Source: Christensenellales bacterium
GTDB lineage: Bacteria; Bacillota; Clostridia; Christensenellales; UBA1431
Direction of reading: 5' to 3'
Length of the DNA stretch: 64,000 nt
Assembly (NCBI GenBank): GCA_040772545.1
Contig: JAXGXY010000006.1
Location: 8,212-72,211, forward strand
The translations under genes were made by a program, and so were the position numbers. This document shows, one piece after another, positions 1 to 9,636 of this stretch (position 1 is the stretch's first letter; each line of letters opens with the position of its first letter). The notes beneath the pieces were generated by a model, which was not told where the DNA came from, did not search any database, and worked only from the letters and a program-made list of their open reading frames with translations.

Positions 1-1
1 C

Positions 2-400
2 AAGCTGGTAAACCAAAAAGTGCAGTTTTCCGCCGTCTCCGATGCGAACCCCGGCCGCCCCCTCACGCTGGACTACGTCCCGCCCCTCGGCGACGGGCAG
101 GGGTTTGCGGGGCTCGAACTGCTCCTTTTGAGTTTTTGCGGCTGTGTGAGCACGGCGGTGGTGGCGCTGCTCAGAAGGTCGGGCAGCGTCGCCGGATACG
201 AAGCCCGCGCCACGGGCATCCGGCAGGAAAACCCGCTTACGCTCAAGAAAATCGTCTTTTCGGTCAATGTGTTTTCCGGCGACATCCGGGCCTCCGACGT
301 TGAGAAGGCGCTCGCCGTCGCGTCCGCCATCTCCCCCGTCTGGCTGGCCGTTAAGGGCAACGTCGAAGTCGAGACCGATTTCTCCCTCGTTGCTCCCTGA
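2..400 (+). CDS. OsmC/Ohr-family protein (N-terminus probably off-window)
   Basis: ORF-track 20..400 starts at GTG, but the frame is open back to base 2. The product has an OsmC-like layout: a central Cys region (LLLSFCGCVS) and a C-terminal AISPVW...VEVE. The family is typically about 140 aa. Confidence 0.6.
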   Translation, partial: KLVNQKVQFSAVSDANPGRPLTLDYVPPLGDGQGFAGLELLLLSFCGCVSTAVVALLRRSGSVAGYEARATGIRQENPLTLKKIVFSVNVFSGDIRASDVEKALAVASAISPVWLAVKGNVEVETDFSLVAP

Positions 401-441
401 CCGCTTCGGGCGGCAATTCTTTCGGGCGGCCGGAGGGCGTT

Positions 442-930
442 TCAGCCCTCCGGCGGGGCCGAGCGTCCGCTCCTCTCCTTGCCGCAGATATGCTCGGGCC
501 GGATTTTCACGACCGCCGCCTTTGCGCCTGCTTTGGCGATATATGCCCGCCCCTTCTGTTCGTGCCCCGGCGCGTATTTGGCGATGAGCGCGGCGAGCGC
601 TTCGTTTTTTTCTTCGTCGTTGACGAAGCTCGCCCTCCCAAATACGACGACGCTCTCGTACGCCGTGGTAAACTGGGCGGGCAGAGTTTCATATCGTCCC
701 ACCACTAAGAACGAAACCCTGTCGTCACGGAGGATGTTGTCCGTCTTCTGCCCCTCGACAGCACAGTGGAAATAGATCGAACCGCCGCGGTACACGTATT
801 GCAGGGGCACGCCGTACGGGTATCCGTTTTCGCACACGGTCGAGAGGACCCCGTAAGCGCCTTCTTCCAGTATCCCGGCGGCACGGCCGGCATCGGTCTG
901 CTTCTCTTTTCTCCTCAGTTCTCTGAACAT
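442..930 (-). CDS. Pyridoxamine 5'-phosphate oxidase-like FMN-binding protein
   Basis: ORF 442..951 begins at TTG. An internal ATG at 930 is preceded by GAAGGAAA. The product (GVLSTVCENGYPYGVPLQYVY..GSIYFHCAVEGQK) fits the PNPOx/flavin-reductase-like split-barrel family. Confidence 0.7.
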   Translation of the reverse strand: MFRELRRKEKQTDAGRAAGILEEGAYGVLSTVCENGYPYGVPLQYVYRGGSIYFHCAVEGQKTDNILRDDRVSFLVVGRYETLPAQFTTAYESVVVFGRASFVNDEEKNEALAALIAKYAPGHEQKGRAYIAKAGAKAAVVKIRPEHICGKERSGRSAPPEG

Positions 931-1386
931 ATGGCGTTTCCTTCTTTCCAATGTTTCGCGTTCCCATTATATCTCATTTTTTATCGGCAACGCTCCCGCG
1001 CGTGCGTTTCGCCTCGGTCCCGGCGTAATAACCCGGCTTTTTGGGCAAATTAAACGTGCGTGAAAGGAGGATGAAAATGCCCCGTTACGATTCACCACAC
1101 AAGCGCGGGCGCGAGAAACAGGGCGCCGGGCAGGGCGTCCCCGGCGACGGCACCAACGCCCGCGAAGAACCAACCGTCTGGGACGCCATGATACGCTGCA
1201 ACCATGTCGGAGCGGCCGCGCAGAGGAAACGGTGATGCGGGCGAAATACCGCCGAAAGCCGGCCCAAACCGCTTTTTACGCCAGGGCTGAACCGTCTTTG
1301 CCAGCGGTCCGCCGCAACATTTTTACGTAAGTGTGTGCGTGAGGCGTCAGCCTAACCGGACCGGAAACGAACGGAGAGAACCAAGC

Positions 1387-2625
1387 ATGCATCCATACCC
1401 GGCGCTCTATGAAAGCGCCGTGCACGCGGCGGTCGGCGGCACGATCGACGCCCTGTTCGGGCAGTGCGACTGCGACCCTTACCAGCTCGACTGCCTGCTC
1501 CATCCGCGAAGGCACCCGCCCGTCGTGCGCCTCGGCCCGTGCGGATGCGACGGCGAAAACGGCGGCTGCCAGACGGCGTGCTTCTTCGGCGCCATATCGC
1601 GCGACAACGAGGGCAACGCAGTCGTATCCGGGAAGGACTGCGTCGGCTGCGGCGCATGCATCGACGCGTGCGAAGCCGAAAACCTGACGGATATCAAAGA
1701 GGTCGTCCCGATCTTTACCATGATCCAAAAAGAAGGCCTGCCGGTATACGCGCTGATCGCACCCGCCACCATCAGCCAGTTCAGCCCGGGAACGACCCCG
1801 GGCAGGCTGAGGAGCGCGTTCAAGGCGCTCGGCTTCACGGGCATGATCGAGGTGGCGCTGTTCGCGGACATCCTCACGCTGAAGGAGGCGCTGGAATTCG
1901 ACGCAGCGATCATGCGCGACGACGACTTCATGCTCACTTCCTGCTGCTGCCCGCTGTGGGTCGCTTTGATCCGCAGGGATTACAGACGGCTGATCCCGCA
2001 TATGCCGCCGTCCGTCTCCCCGATGGTCGCGTCCGGACGCGCGGTCAAAAAGCTGTTCCCCGGCGCGAAGACTGTGTTCATCGGCCCCTGCATCGCCAAA
2101 AAAGCGGAGGCGCGGCAGGAGGACGTCGCGGAGGCCGTGGATTACGTGCTGACGTTCGAGGAAACACAGGCCATTTTTCGCGCGGCGCATATCGAACCCG
2201 AAACGCTAAAGGAGGACCAGCGCGACCATTCTTCGGCGGCGGGGCGAGGCTACGCGCGTACGGGCGGGGTCAGCGAGGCCGTCCGCGAAACGCTCGGGCG
2301 CCTGCGTCCGAAAAGAAGGATCCCGCTTGGGGCCAGGCAGGCCGACGGCATGCGCGCCTGCAAAGCGATGCTTGAGGACTTGAAAAGCGGGGCGTTTGGC
2401 ACGAACTTCTGGGAAGGCATGGGCTGCGAAGGCGGCTGCGTCGGAGGCCCGAAGATACTGACCGACAGAAAAACGGCAGCGAAGAACGTCGCCGATTACG
2501 CCGGCCGGGCGGCGAGCCGGGCGCCCATGGACAACGCGTACGTCCTCGAACTGCTCAGGCGGCTGGGGTTCACCACGATCGAGAGCCTCACCAAAGGCCG
2601 CAACATGTTCACGAGGGACTTCTGA
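1387..2625 (+). CDS. [FeFe]-hydrogenase-family protein (H-domain with one ferredoxin-type cluster motif)
   Basis: H-cluster signature motifs TSCCCP, GPCIAKKAE and EGMGCEGGCVGGP are present, plus CVGCGACIDAC. There is an additional N-terminal Cys-rich stretch (CDCD..C...GPCGCDGENGGCQTAC). ATG 1387 follows GGAGAG. Confidence 0.8.
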   Translation: MHPYPALYESAVHAAVGGTIDALFGQCDCDPYQLDCLLHPRRHPPVVRLGPCGCDGENGGCQTACFFGAISRDNEGNAVVSGKDCVGCGACIDACEAENLTDIKEVVPIFTMIQKEGLPVYALIAPATISQFSPGTTPGRLRSAFKALGFTGMIEVALFADILTLKEALEFDAAIMRDDDFMLTSCCCPLWVALIRRDYRRLIPHMPPSVSPMVASGRAVKKLFPGAKTVFIGPCIAKKAEARQEDVAEAVDYVLTFEETQAIFRAAHIEPETLKEDQRDHSSAAGRGYARTGGVSEAVRETLGRLRPKRRIPLGARQADGMRACKAMLEDLKSGAFGTNFWEGMGCEGGCVGGPKILTDRKTAAKNVADYAGRAASRAPMDNAYVLELLRRLGFTTIESLTKGRNMFTRDF

Positions 2626-2999
2626 CGCCGGTTTGCCCGGGCGGTCGCCGTCCCTGCGGCCAAAAGCCCGCGAACGGCTTGTTACCATGGTTAAATTATT
2701 GTGCTAGTACATTAATATAACCGTTTTAAGCCCCGGCAAGCGCCCTTTTTCGCGTTCGATTACGGCCGATAAGTCCATTGCCGGTCACGCCATAGCGTCG
2801 CCGGGCGGCAGCGGCGTATCATTCGTTTGTTTGGATCGGCCGTTTGTGATTTACGGGCCAAAGACGGCGCCATTCCCCCGGCGCTGCCGGCGGCACGGTC
2901 CGTTTCCCAGGCAATCACATTTCGACGGATAATATTGCACTATGCATGGCATACTAAACCTGCGCTCGCATGTGCCCAACGCGAAAGGAGGTTGGTTTC

Positions 3000-3212
3000 A
3001 TGAATTATGGCACAGTAAAATGGTTCAATGCAGACAAGGGTTTTGGATTCATTGCCGACGATGTCAGCGGCGAGGACATCTTCGTGCATTTCTCGGCCAT
3101 CGACTCACCCGGATTCAGGACTCTTTTGGAAGGGCAGAAGGTGACTTTCGACACCGAACCGGACCCGAAAGACCGTTCCAAAATAAAGGCGGTGAACGTC
3201 CGCATAGAATAG
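3000..3212 (+). CDS. Cold-shock protein (CspA family)
   Basis: The product starts [18 protein letters not shown] and carries the RNP1/RNP2 motifs. ATG 3000 follows AAAGGAGG (2984-2991). The ORF-track start at 2970 is too far upstream. Confidence 0.95.
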   Translation: MNYGTVKWFNADKGFGFIADDVSGEDIFVHFSAIDSPGFRTLLEGQKVTFDTEPDPKDRSKIKAVNVRIE

Positions 3213-3221
3213 CCAGCGTTA

Positions 3222-3261
3222 AGCAAATGGCCGCCCCGTCCAGGCGGGGCGGACATTTGCT
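3222..3261 (+). terminator. Long GC-rich hairpin after csp gene
   Basis: AGCAAATGGCCGCCCCG / CGGGGCGGACATTTGCT forms a stem of about 16 bp, 10 nt after the stop codon. There is no clean U-tract beyond the stem. Confidence 0.45.
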
Positions 3262-3472
3262 AACGCGGTCAGCCGTCAAATACTGTTGTATCCGCGCCGC
3301 CGCCTGGCCGGCGTCCTGCCCGTAAAAAAGGCCAAGGGTCTATTCGATAACGCCGCGCCGCGCTTCGTCGGATCCCTCACAAAAAGAATATAAGCCGCAC
3401 AATTTATTCTCTTGAACAAACATGCCGCGGGTGTTACGATATATTATCCATACAGTTTGAGGGGGATTCGTC

Positions 3473-3907
3473 ATGAATACCGCGGTAGCGTTTTTTTCGA
3501 GGACTGGCAACACGAAAAAGATCGCACAGGCCATAGCGGAAGCTGCCTGCTGCACGGCGCAGGACATAGCCGCCTTCGACGTGCAAGACACCGTCGACCT
3601 TCTGTTCATCGGGGGAGCCATCTACGGCGGGGCGCTGGACCCGTCGCTCGCGGAGTTCATCGCCCGGCTGAACCCTGAGAAGATAGGGCGTGCGGCGGTT
3701 TTCAGCACGTCGGCTTCGAAGACACGCTATGGAGTGGCCGTCAACCTCATCCGTAACGCCCTGAAGGACAGGGGCATACCGACGGCGGACGACAGCTTCT
3801 GCTGCAGGGGAAAGTTCCTGTTCATGGGCAGGAAGCATCCCAACGACGCAGACCTCGGCGATGCAAAACAATTCGCCGTTTCAATGATCGGCAGATATTC
3901 TGAGTGA
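3473..3907 (+). CDS. Flavodoxin-family protein
   Basis: The N-terminus AFFSRTGNTKKIA is the flavodoxin FMN phosphate-binding loop. The protein is 144 aa. RBS GAGGGGGA lies upstream. Confidence 0.8.
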   Translation: MNTAVAFFSRTGNTKKIAQAIAEAACCTAQDIAAFDVQDTVDLLFIGGAIYGGALDPSLAEFIARLNPEKIGRAAVFSTSASKTRYGVAVNLIRNALKDRGIPTADDSFCCRGKFLFMGRKHPNDADLGDAKQFAVSMIGRYSE

Positions 3908-4013
3908 CTACGGGCGTAAGCGGCGCCGGCGGAGCCGGTTTCCCCGCCAAGTAACGAAAACACAGCAAACCCCATATCATGAGTTGGAAACCAATTGATA
4001 GGGGTGAAAAAAC

Positions 4014-4574
4014 TTGGACAATAACAGACGGCAACCGTATCCCGACCACAATAATTGGCCTTCGAACAACGCATACGGCATGTATGACAATGATAGAGGT
4101 TATCCGTATGACAACGACAATTATTCGCGAAGAAGGGACGCGGGCGCAAGATATACCAGGCTTGAGGATTACGGGCCGGAGCCGTTTGTGGTCAATATCG
4201 AGAATGTTACCAGACGAAACGATGCATTCCGTACCGCTTTATGGACGGGAGCCCATTTGCAGCTTACCCTGATGAGCATCGATGTGGGAGAGGACATTGG
4301 TTTGGAGGTCCATCCCCACCTCGATCAGTTTATACGTATCGAAGAAGGCCAGGGCCTTGTGCAGATGGGCAAGAGCAGAGATTTCCTCGATTACCGCAGA
4401 AGGGTACACGCCGATTACGCGTTCATTATTCCCGCCGGTATGTGGCATAATCTCACCAACACAGGCGACAGACCGATTAAGCTGTATTCGATTTATGCGC
4501 CGCCTGAGCACCCTCGGGGCACCGTGCACGAAACCAGGGCGATCGCACAAGCCTCCGAGACAAATATGTATTAG
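4014..4574 (+). CDS. Cupin-domain protein with N/D/Y-rich N-terminal low-complexity region
   Basis: The C-terminal 120 aa show the cupin motifs G(X)5HxH (GEDIGLEVHPH..DQF) and GxxxxxxxH...N (IIPAGMWHNLTN). The first 50 aa or so are Asn/Asp/Tyr-rich. Confidence 0.7.
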   Translation: MDNNRRQPYPDHNNWPSNNAYGMYDNDRGYPYDNDNYSRRRDAGARYTRLEDYGPEPFVVNIENVTRRNDAFRTALWTGAHLQLTLMSIDVGEDIGLEVHPHLDQFIRIEEGQGLVQMGKSRDFLDYRRRVHADYAFIIPAGMWHNLTNTGDRPIKLYSIYAPPEHPRGTVHETRAIAQASETNMY

Positions 4575-4591
4575 CGGCGGTGAAAAGCGCA

Positions 4592-4620
4592 AGGGGGCCG
4601 AATCAGGCCCCCTGTTTGCC
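4592..4620. terminator. Bidirectional hairpin between convergent cupin gene and end of pdu operon
   Basis: AGGGGGCC-gaatca-GGCCCCCT is followed by GTTTGCC on the plus strand and by TTGCGCTTTTC on the minus strand. Confidence 0.6.
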
Positions 4621-4673
4621 GACCGGGCGTATGGCATACCGCTTTATATGTCACATAGGTTCGCACAGGGCCG

Positions 4674-4988
4674 TCAGCCGTTCCCTGTTCCTTTTTCCCA
4701 CGCTTCAACAGCCTTCAACGCCTCCGAAACCGAAGAAGTGTCGCCGAAAACACCGACCATGGTGATGTGCTGGGGACAATTGCCCACGATCTCCGCGATT
4801 TCGACATCCGACGTCTTTTCCGCTATGTCTCCGGCCGCGAGCACCGTGGCAATCGGCCCCTGAATGAATCCGATGGCCGTTATCAACCCGTTATTCAGCT
4901 TCTCTTTCACCGCGTCGTCGAAAATCCTTCTTAAAAGGATTCGCACCGTGCCTTTCGTGGGAGTGTTGATAAAACTGACCGTCAACAT
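4674..4988 (-). CDS. BMC shell protein, circularly permuted PduU/EutS-like
   Basis: The core AIGFIQGPIATVLAAGDIAEKTSDVEIAEI...MVGVFGDTSSVSEALKAV aligns by eye with the PduU/EutS permuted BMC domain. It is the last gene of the pdu operon. RBS GAGGTGG precedes ATG 4988. Confidence 0.7.
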   Translation of the reverse strand: MLTVSFINTPTKGTVRILLRRIFDDAVKEKLNNGLITAIGFIQGPIATVLAAGDIAEKTSDVEIAEIVGNCPQHITMVGVFGDTSSVSEALKAVEAWEKGTGNG

Positions 4989-5012
4989 GATTCCACCTCT
5001 TCATTCCGGGGC

Positions 5013-5561
5013 TTATTGAAGCTCGCACAGTATCGCCTTGGACGGAGACGCTATGACGGACGTGGCGATGATCGTGCCTTCCTCTCTCATCCTCTCCTCG
5101 CAGGCCCGGACCGCCGTCTTCACGGACGATACCTCTCCCGTGAGCAGCACGTAGCCCTTGCCTCCCAGGCCCCGTGCTATTCGGATATCGATAAGCGTTA
5201 CATTGGATGCCTTCACCGCAGTATCCCCCACGATGACGGACGAAACAGCGGTCAGTGTTTCAATGATGCCCAGGGAAGCATAATTCTCGACGCGGGTCGT
5301 CCCGCTCAGCGCCGGGAACACCGCTTCGCTCACGTTTGAAATCACATGTCCCTCGAGGGCAAAATCGCAGGCGGCCTGCTTTCCGGTCTCGACGGCTATC
5401 TTCACTGGCCCCACCTCGCCCCCTATTATGGTTATATATTTCCCGGGGCAAAGGGGAGACGATAGGATAAGCCGCACATCCGCCGCTTTGAGCATGAGGT
5501 CCGTCGCCTCGATTCCCTTGGCAATGCTCTTGAATTCCAGTATCCCGATGGACTTTTTCAA
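5013..5561 (-). CDS. pduT: Tandem-BMC shell protein PduT (Fe-S pore type)
   Basis: At 182 aa it holds two BMC domains (IGILEFKSIAKGIEATD... and LGIIETLTAVSSVIVGD...). A conserved Cys sits in SSPLCPGKY, as in PduT. Confidence 0.85.
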   Translation of the reverse strand: MKKSIGILEFKSIAKGIEATDLMLKAADVRLILSSPLCPGKYITIIGGEVGPVKIAVETGKQAACDFALEGHVISNVSEAVFPALSGTTRVENYASLGIIETLTAVSSVIVGDTAVKASNVTLIDIRIARGLGGKGYVLLTGEVSSVKTAVRACEERMREEGTIIATSVIASPSKAILCELQ

Positions 5562-5574
5562 CGCTGTCCCTCCC

Positions 5575-6900
5575 TTAAGACCTCGCGATCTCTATCGTGT
5601 CGTGATCGATGCCCGTAACCTTTCCGCCTATGCCGGAATGCACTTTTGCGCCCAGTTTCCCTTCCGGGATATCGCCTATCAACTGGTTTTTTTCGATCCT
5701 GTCCCCCACCGACACCACCGGCCAGGCGGCAACGCCGACGTGCTGCTTCAGCGCGATGCGCAGTCGTGTGAAGCGTTCTGTCCCAGAAAGTTTCAACGGC
5801 GCGGGGACGTCGTACTTTGAGAGCCCCAGTTGGTTCACGAGGCGCTTTACGGGGAACTTTTTATACTCGCGGAACTCCGAAACCTTCTCAGGCGCGCGGT
5901 TGTCCGTCCTGCGTATGCCTGCCGCGCCCAGTTTCCCCTTGAGGTAGTTGTTCAGCTTCCACGGCTGAAGCCCCATGACGCACGCCTGTTCGCAAAGCCC
6001 GCATTCGGAACATATCAGGGCTTCGTCCATACAAGGATCCGTCTCGAAACCGGGGGTGTAGCTGGCCATCCGCATCAGCCTGTCGGGCCTCAGCCTGTGT
6101 CCCAACAGGTTGCGCGGGCATACTTCCGTGCACAGCGAACAATGGCAACAGGCGATCCGCGCCTCTAGGAGCATCCTTTCCATGCTTTTGCCCCTGGACG
6201 CAATCAGGCGGTGTTCTTCGGGGAGCACGATATAGGCCTTCGTGGTTTTGGTGACCACCGCGCGCTCATGGTCGATGAGCTTCCCCATCATCGGCCCGCC
6301 TTCGATCACCGCAAACGCATCCACAGCCGGTCCGCCGGCCAGGCCTATGGCCTCCGTCGCGCCGATGCCTACCGGCACTTTCACCGTAACGGGATTTTTG
6401 ACCGCGCCGGTCACGGTGAGATACTTCTCGGTAACCGGGATATCCTTCATCGCGTTGCCGATGTTGAGCATGGTCTCGACGTTGACGACCACCGTTTGCA
6501 CATGGATGGGGAGCCCGCCCTCCGGCACGATCTTTTTGAGCGCTTCGTACACGGTAACTTGCTCGTCCCCCGCCGGATAGAAGTCCTCGAGCAGGAAGAC
6601 CTCCACTCCGTCAACCCGCGAGACCGCTGATTCCAGGCACGCGACGGCTTCCCTGTGTTTTCCCTTAATCGCAATGATCACTTTTTTTGCCCCGAGCGCT
6701 TCCCTGGACGCCTGCAGCGCCGTCAGTATCTCGTTTTTGTATGCGATAAGGAGCTGCTGGTCCACACGCAGCAGCGGTTCGCATTCCGCGGCGTTGACGA
6801 TGATGTATTTAGCGTCCCCCGCAAACTTGACGTGCGTCGGGAATCCGGCTCCCCCGGCGCCCACGATACCGGCCTTCTCGATGAGACTGACCAGATTCAT
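5575..6900 (-). CDS. pduS: Cobalamin reductase PduS (RnfC/NuoF-like flavo-Fe-S protein)
   Basis: GIVGAGGAGFPTHVKF...NAAECEPLL is the NADH/FMN module. Two 4Fe-4S motifs are present (CCHCSLCTEVCP, CSECGLCEQAC). ATG 6900 follows GAAGGTGA; the ORF-track start at 6945 looks too long. Confidence 0.85.
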   Translation of the reverse strand: MNLVSLIEKAGIVGAGGAGFPTHVKFAGDAKYIIVNAAECEPLLRVDQQLLIAYKNEILTALQASREALGAKKVIIAIKGKHREAVACLESAVSRVDGVEVFLLEDFYPAGDEQVTVYEALKKIVPEGGLPIHVQTVVVNVETMLNIGNAMKDIPVTEKYLTVTGAVKNPVTVKVPVGIGATEAIGLAGGPAVDAFAVIEGGPMMGKLIDHERAVVTKTTKAYIVLPEEHRLIASRGKSMERMLLEARIACCHCSLCTEVCPRNLLGHRLRPDRLMRMASYTPGFETDPCMDEALICSECGLCEQACVMGLQPWKLNNYLKGKLGAAGIRRTDNRAPEKVSEFREYKKFPVKRLVNQLGLSKYDVPAPLKLSGTERFTRLRIALKQHVGVAAWPVVSVGDRIEKNQLIGDIPEGKLGAKVHSGIGGKVTGIDHDTIEIARS

Positions 6901-6911
6901 TCGATCACCTT

Positions 6912-8324
6912 CTATTTGATTTCGAATCCGCCTACGAGAACGCATCTTCTCCTGCGGCAGAAAGTTTTGGCAGACGTGAGCCCCTCCCCGGTGGGCCCCG
7001 CTATCGTGAACGTGGCATAACCTTCGCCGCCGACGCCGATTCCCGCGTAGGAAGGACCGTTCTTTACAAATATGGTGGTCTGTATGAGCTTGGCCATCTT
7101 CGTGAGCTTATCCACGTTCTTTGAGTGCATGATAGCGGTATGGCGGCAGCCGTTTTCAAGCCTGATGCACAGTTCTATCCCCGCATCCGCGTCCGGCACC
7201 CGCACGATGGGAAGTATGGGCATCATCATCTCCTCGGTGACGAAGGGATGGTTGCTTTTTGCCTCGAATATGATGACGCGCGTGCCGGGCTCGGCCGTAA
7301 CCCCGACTTTCTGGAGCAAATATTTTGCGCTCTTTCCGATGTATTCCGGATTCGGCCTGCCTTTGTCCGTAAACACCAGCGCCTGCAGCGCGTCAACGGT
7401 CGCTTGGTCGACCTCCATGCCGCCGCTTTTCTTCATGTTGAAAACCAGATAGTCGGCGATGGAATCTACGGCCACCACTTCTTTTTCGCAGGTGCACGGG
7501 AGGTTGTTGTCCAGCGAACAGCCGTCGATGATGTCCTTGGCCGCCTTCTCGATGTCGGCCGTTTCGTCCACCAGCACGGGAGGGTTCCCGGCGCCCGCGC
7601 CGATCGCCTTTTTGCCCGAGGTCAGCACCGCGCGCACCACGCCCGGCCCGCCCGTGGCGACCAGCATTTGCACATCGGGATGCTTTATCAGGACCCCCGC
7701 CTCTTCCATCGTCGGTTTGGCTATCGTCGTGATGAGGTTGGGCGGCGCGTCCGCTTCCCGCAAAGCCTCGTTGATCAGCCCTACGGTGAACTGCGAAGTG
7801 TGATTCGCGCGGGGATGCGTGGAGAAAACCACGGAGTTGCCTCCCGCCAGCATGCCGATCGCGTTGCAGATGATCGTCTCGCTGGGGTTGGTGGTGGGCG
7901 TAATGGCGCCGATCACCCCGAAGGGCGAATACTCGAGCAGCGTCAGTCCGTCGTCCCCCGTATATGCCTCGGTAAGCAGATCCTCCAGCCCCGGGGTCTT
8001 GTTGGCGGCCAGCCGGTTCTTGATGCATTTATGTTCAAAATTGCCCATGCCGGTTTCCTCAACCGCCATTTCGGACATCTTCCCGATATTCGCTTCGATC
8101 TGGACCTTTTTGCGTATGGCGTCGATGAAGCGTTTCCGGTCGCTGAGCGAGCACTTCATGTACTCCCTCTGCGCAACGGCGGAAGCCGCTATCGCCTTTT
8201 CCATGTTGCTGAACACGCCCTCCGGCAGCGCGCTCCCGTCGCCCGCCGTACAGTTCCGGTGCGCGTCTACCGCATGAAGCACTTTCTGCACGATATCAGC
8301 AAGAACCTTCTCATTCGCAACCAT
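6912..8324 (-). CDS. pduP: CoA-acylating propionaldehyde dehydrogenase PduP
   Basis: The aldehyde dehydrogenase family core includes the catalytic Cys region (NLPCTCEKE). An amphipathic N-terminal helix (MVANEKVLADIVQKVLHAV) is typical of PduP encapsulation peptides. ATG 8324 follows AAGGAGGGG. Confidence 0.9.
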   Translation of the reverse strand: MVANEKVLADIVQKVLHAVDAHRNCTAGDGSALPEGVFSNMEKAIAASAVAQREYMKCSLSDRKRFIDAIRKKVQIEANIGKMSEMAVEETGMGNFEHKCIKNRLAANKTPGLEDLLTEAYTGDDGLTLLEYSPFGVIGAITPTTNPSETIICNAIGMLAGGNSVVFSTHPRANHTSQFTVGLINEALREADAPPNLITTIAKPTMEEAGVLIKHPDVQMLVATGGPGVVRAVLTSGKKAIGAGAGNPPVLVDETADIEKAAKDIIDGCSLDNNLPCTCEKEVVAVDSIADYLVFNMKKSGGMEVDQATVDALQALVFTDKGRPNPEYIGKSAKYLLQKVGVTAEPGTRVIIFEAKSNHPFVTEEMMMPILPIVRVPDADAGIELCIRLENGCRHTAIMHSKNVDKLTKMAKLIQTTIFVKNGPSYAGIGVGGEGYATFTIAGPTGEGLTSAKTFCRRRRCVLVGGFEIK

Positions 8325-9315
8325 TTTGGTCTTCCCCTCCTTGAAATCTATCCAGCACATAGGATGCAATCTCCATATCCTGCCCGACGGTGCCGCCGCT
8401 GACGCCGATGCCGCCAACGGCCTCCCCGCCGACCTTAACGGGGTATCCTCCCCCGAACAATACGAAACGGTTGTCGTTCGTCCTCTCCAGCCCGCATAAG
8501 GGGGCGCCCGGGCCGGACAGTTCGCCTGCCTGGTCGGTGGGCATCTTGAGGGCGTTGGCGGTGTACGCCTTCTTAATGGAGATATCTATGCTGGCAATCA
8601 GCGCGCCCTCCATCCTGTTGAGGAGGATGAGGTTGCCTCCCTTGTCCACGGCCGAGAATACGATGGGAAGTTGCATCTTCGCCGCTTTTTCCTCGGCATG
8701 AAGGGCCATTTTGCGGGCCGTTTCGAGGTCGAGTCCCGGTTTGCAGTCCATGAACCGAAGCTTTTCCAAGACCCTGTCCCTGATCGTCCGCACGGCAGAC
8801 AGTTCCTCTTCGCGGCGGGCAAGGGCATACAGGCAGTCGGACAGGCGGTTCATGTAACGCAAAAGCTCCGTGCTAACAGGCTCGCCGCCGTCGCACAGCC
8901 GCGTTATGCAGCGCTCCGCCCTGCGCACGACGGTCCGGGCAGCATGCAGCGCGGCCGAGAAGCTGTTGACGCCGGGCACGACGAATTCCTTGGTGGCATC
9001 CGTATACTCCGCACACGCATCGATGACGCCTTCAAGGTACGCGGTATCGTCATCGCCGATCCCGTCTTTGAGCATGTGCATGCCTTTTTCGTCGCTGGCG
9101 AGCTCGGCGGCCGCCGTGATAAGCCGTTTCTGTATCGCGTGCAGGTGTTGGCGCGATTCGCCGTCCGTGCCGAGGGAATAGGCAAGGCCGATCATGGCGA
9201 TGCCCTCGTCGATCGTCCCGTAACAGTGTACGCGGAGGCTGTCCTTGCTCACGCGCGTGCCGCCATAAAGAACGGTGTTTCCCGCATCGCCTTTCCTGGT
9301 ATACAAACCGGACAA
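8311..9315 (-). CDS. pduO: ATP:cob(I)alamin adenosyltransferase PduO with C-terminal GlcG/DUF336 domain
   Basis: The N-terminus YTRKGDAGNT...GTIDE is the PduO-type ATR signature. The C-terminal 140 aa or so are DUF336/heme-binding-like (GGGYPVKVGGEAVGGIGVSGG). The 3' end overlaps the pduP start by 14 nt. Confidence 0.9.
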   Translation of the reverse strand: MSGLYTRKGDAGNTVLYGGTRVSKDSLRVHCYGTIDEGIAMIGLAYSLGTDGESRQHLHAIQKRLITAAAELASDEKGMHMLKDGIGDDDTAYLEGVIDACAEYTDATKEFVVPGVNSFSAALHAARTVVRRAERCITRLCDGGEPVSTELLRYMNRLSDCLYALARREEELSAVRTIRDRVLEKLRFMDCKPGLDLETARKMALHAEEKAAKMQLPIVFSAVDKGGNLILLNRMEGALIASIDISIKKAYTANALKMPTDQAGELSGPGAPLCGLERTNDNRFVLFGGGYPVKVGGEAVGGIGVSGGTVGQDMEIASYVLDRFQGGEDQNGCE

Positions 9316-9330
9316 TGGTATCCCTCCCCG

Positions 9331-9618
9331 TCAGTCCTGGAGTTCCGCTTCGTCGACGATCCCGACTATGGTGACATCCGTAGCCGCTTTCTGGAAACCC
9401 TCGATATTCTTTGTCGCCGAACTGCCTACCACCAACAGCACGGTATCTCCCGCGCCCGCGCCGACGGTATCCACCGCCACGACGGTTTTCGAATCGTCCC
9501 TGAAAGCCTTGCCGGCGTCATCGACCGTGAGATGGCGGACGATGAGCAGCTTCACGCCCGAAAGATGCTCGTCCTTGCGTGTCGAGACGACATTGCCGAT
9601 AACTCTGCCCAAATACAA
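9331..9618 (-). CDS. pduN: BMC vertex pentamer PduN (EutN/CcmL family)
   Basis: The 95-aa product (MYLGRVIGNVVSTRKDEHLSGVKLLIV...DTVGAG.GD.VL) is the EutN/CcmL signature. Confidence 0.9.
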   Translation of the reverse strand: MYLGRVIGNVVSTRKDEHLSGVKLLIVRHLTVDDAGKAFRDDSKTVVAVDTVGAGAGDTVLLVVGSSATKNIEGFQKAATDVTIVGIVDEAELQD

Positions 9619-9636
9619 ATCGATCCCTCCAAAGCG

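Noticed and set aside
428-458. A GCCGGAGGGC / GCCCTCCGGC hairpin between the OsmC-like and PNPOx-like genes, considered as a terminator.
   Set aside because: It overlaps the 3' coding end of the PNPOx-like ORF and has no U-tract on either strand. It may still pause transcription, but it is not callable as an intrinsic terminator.
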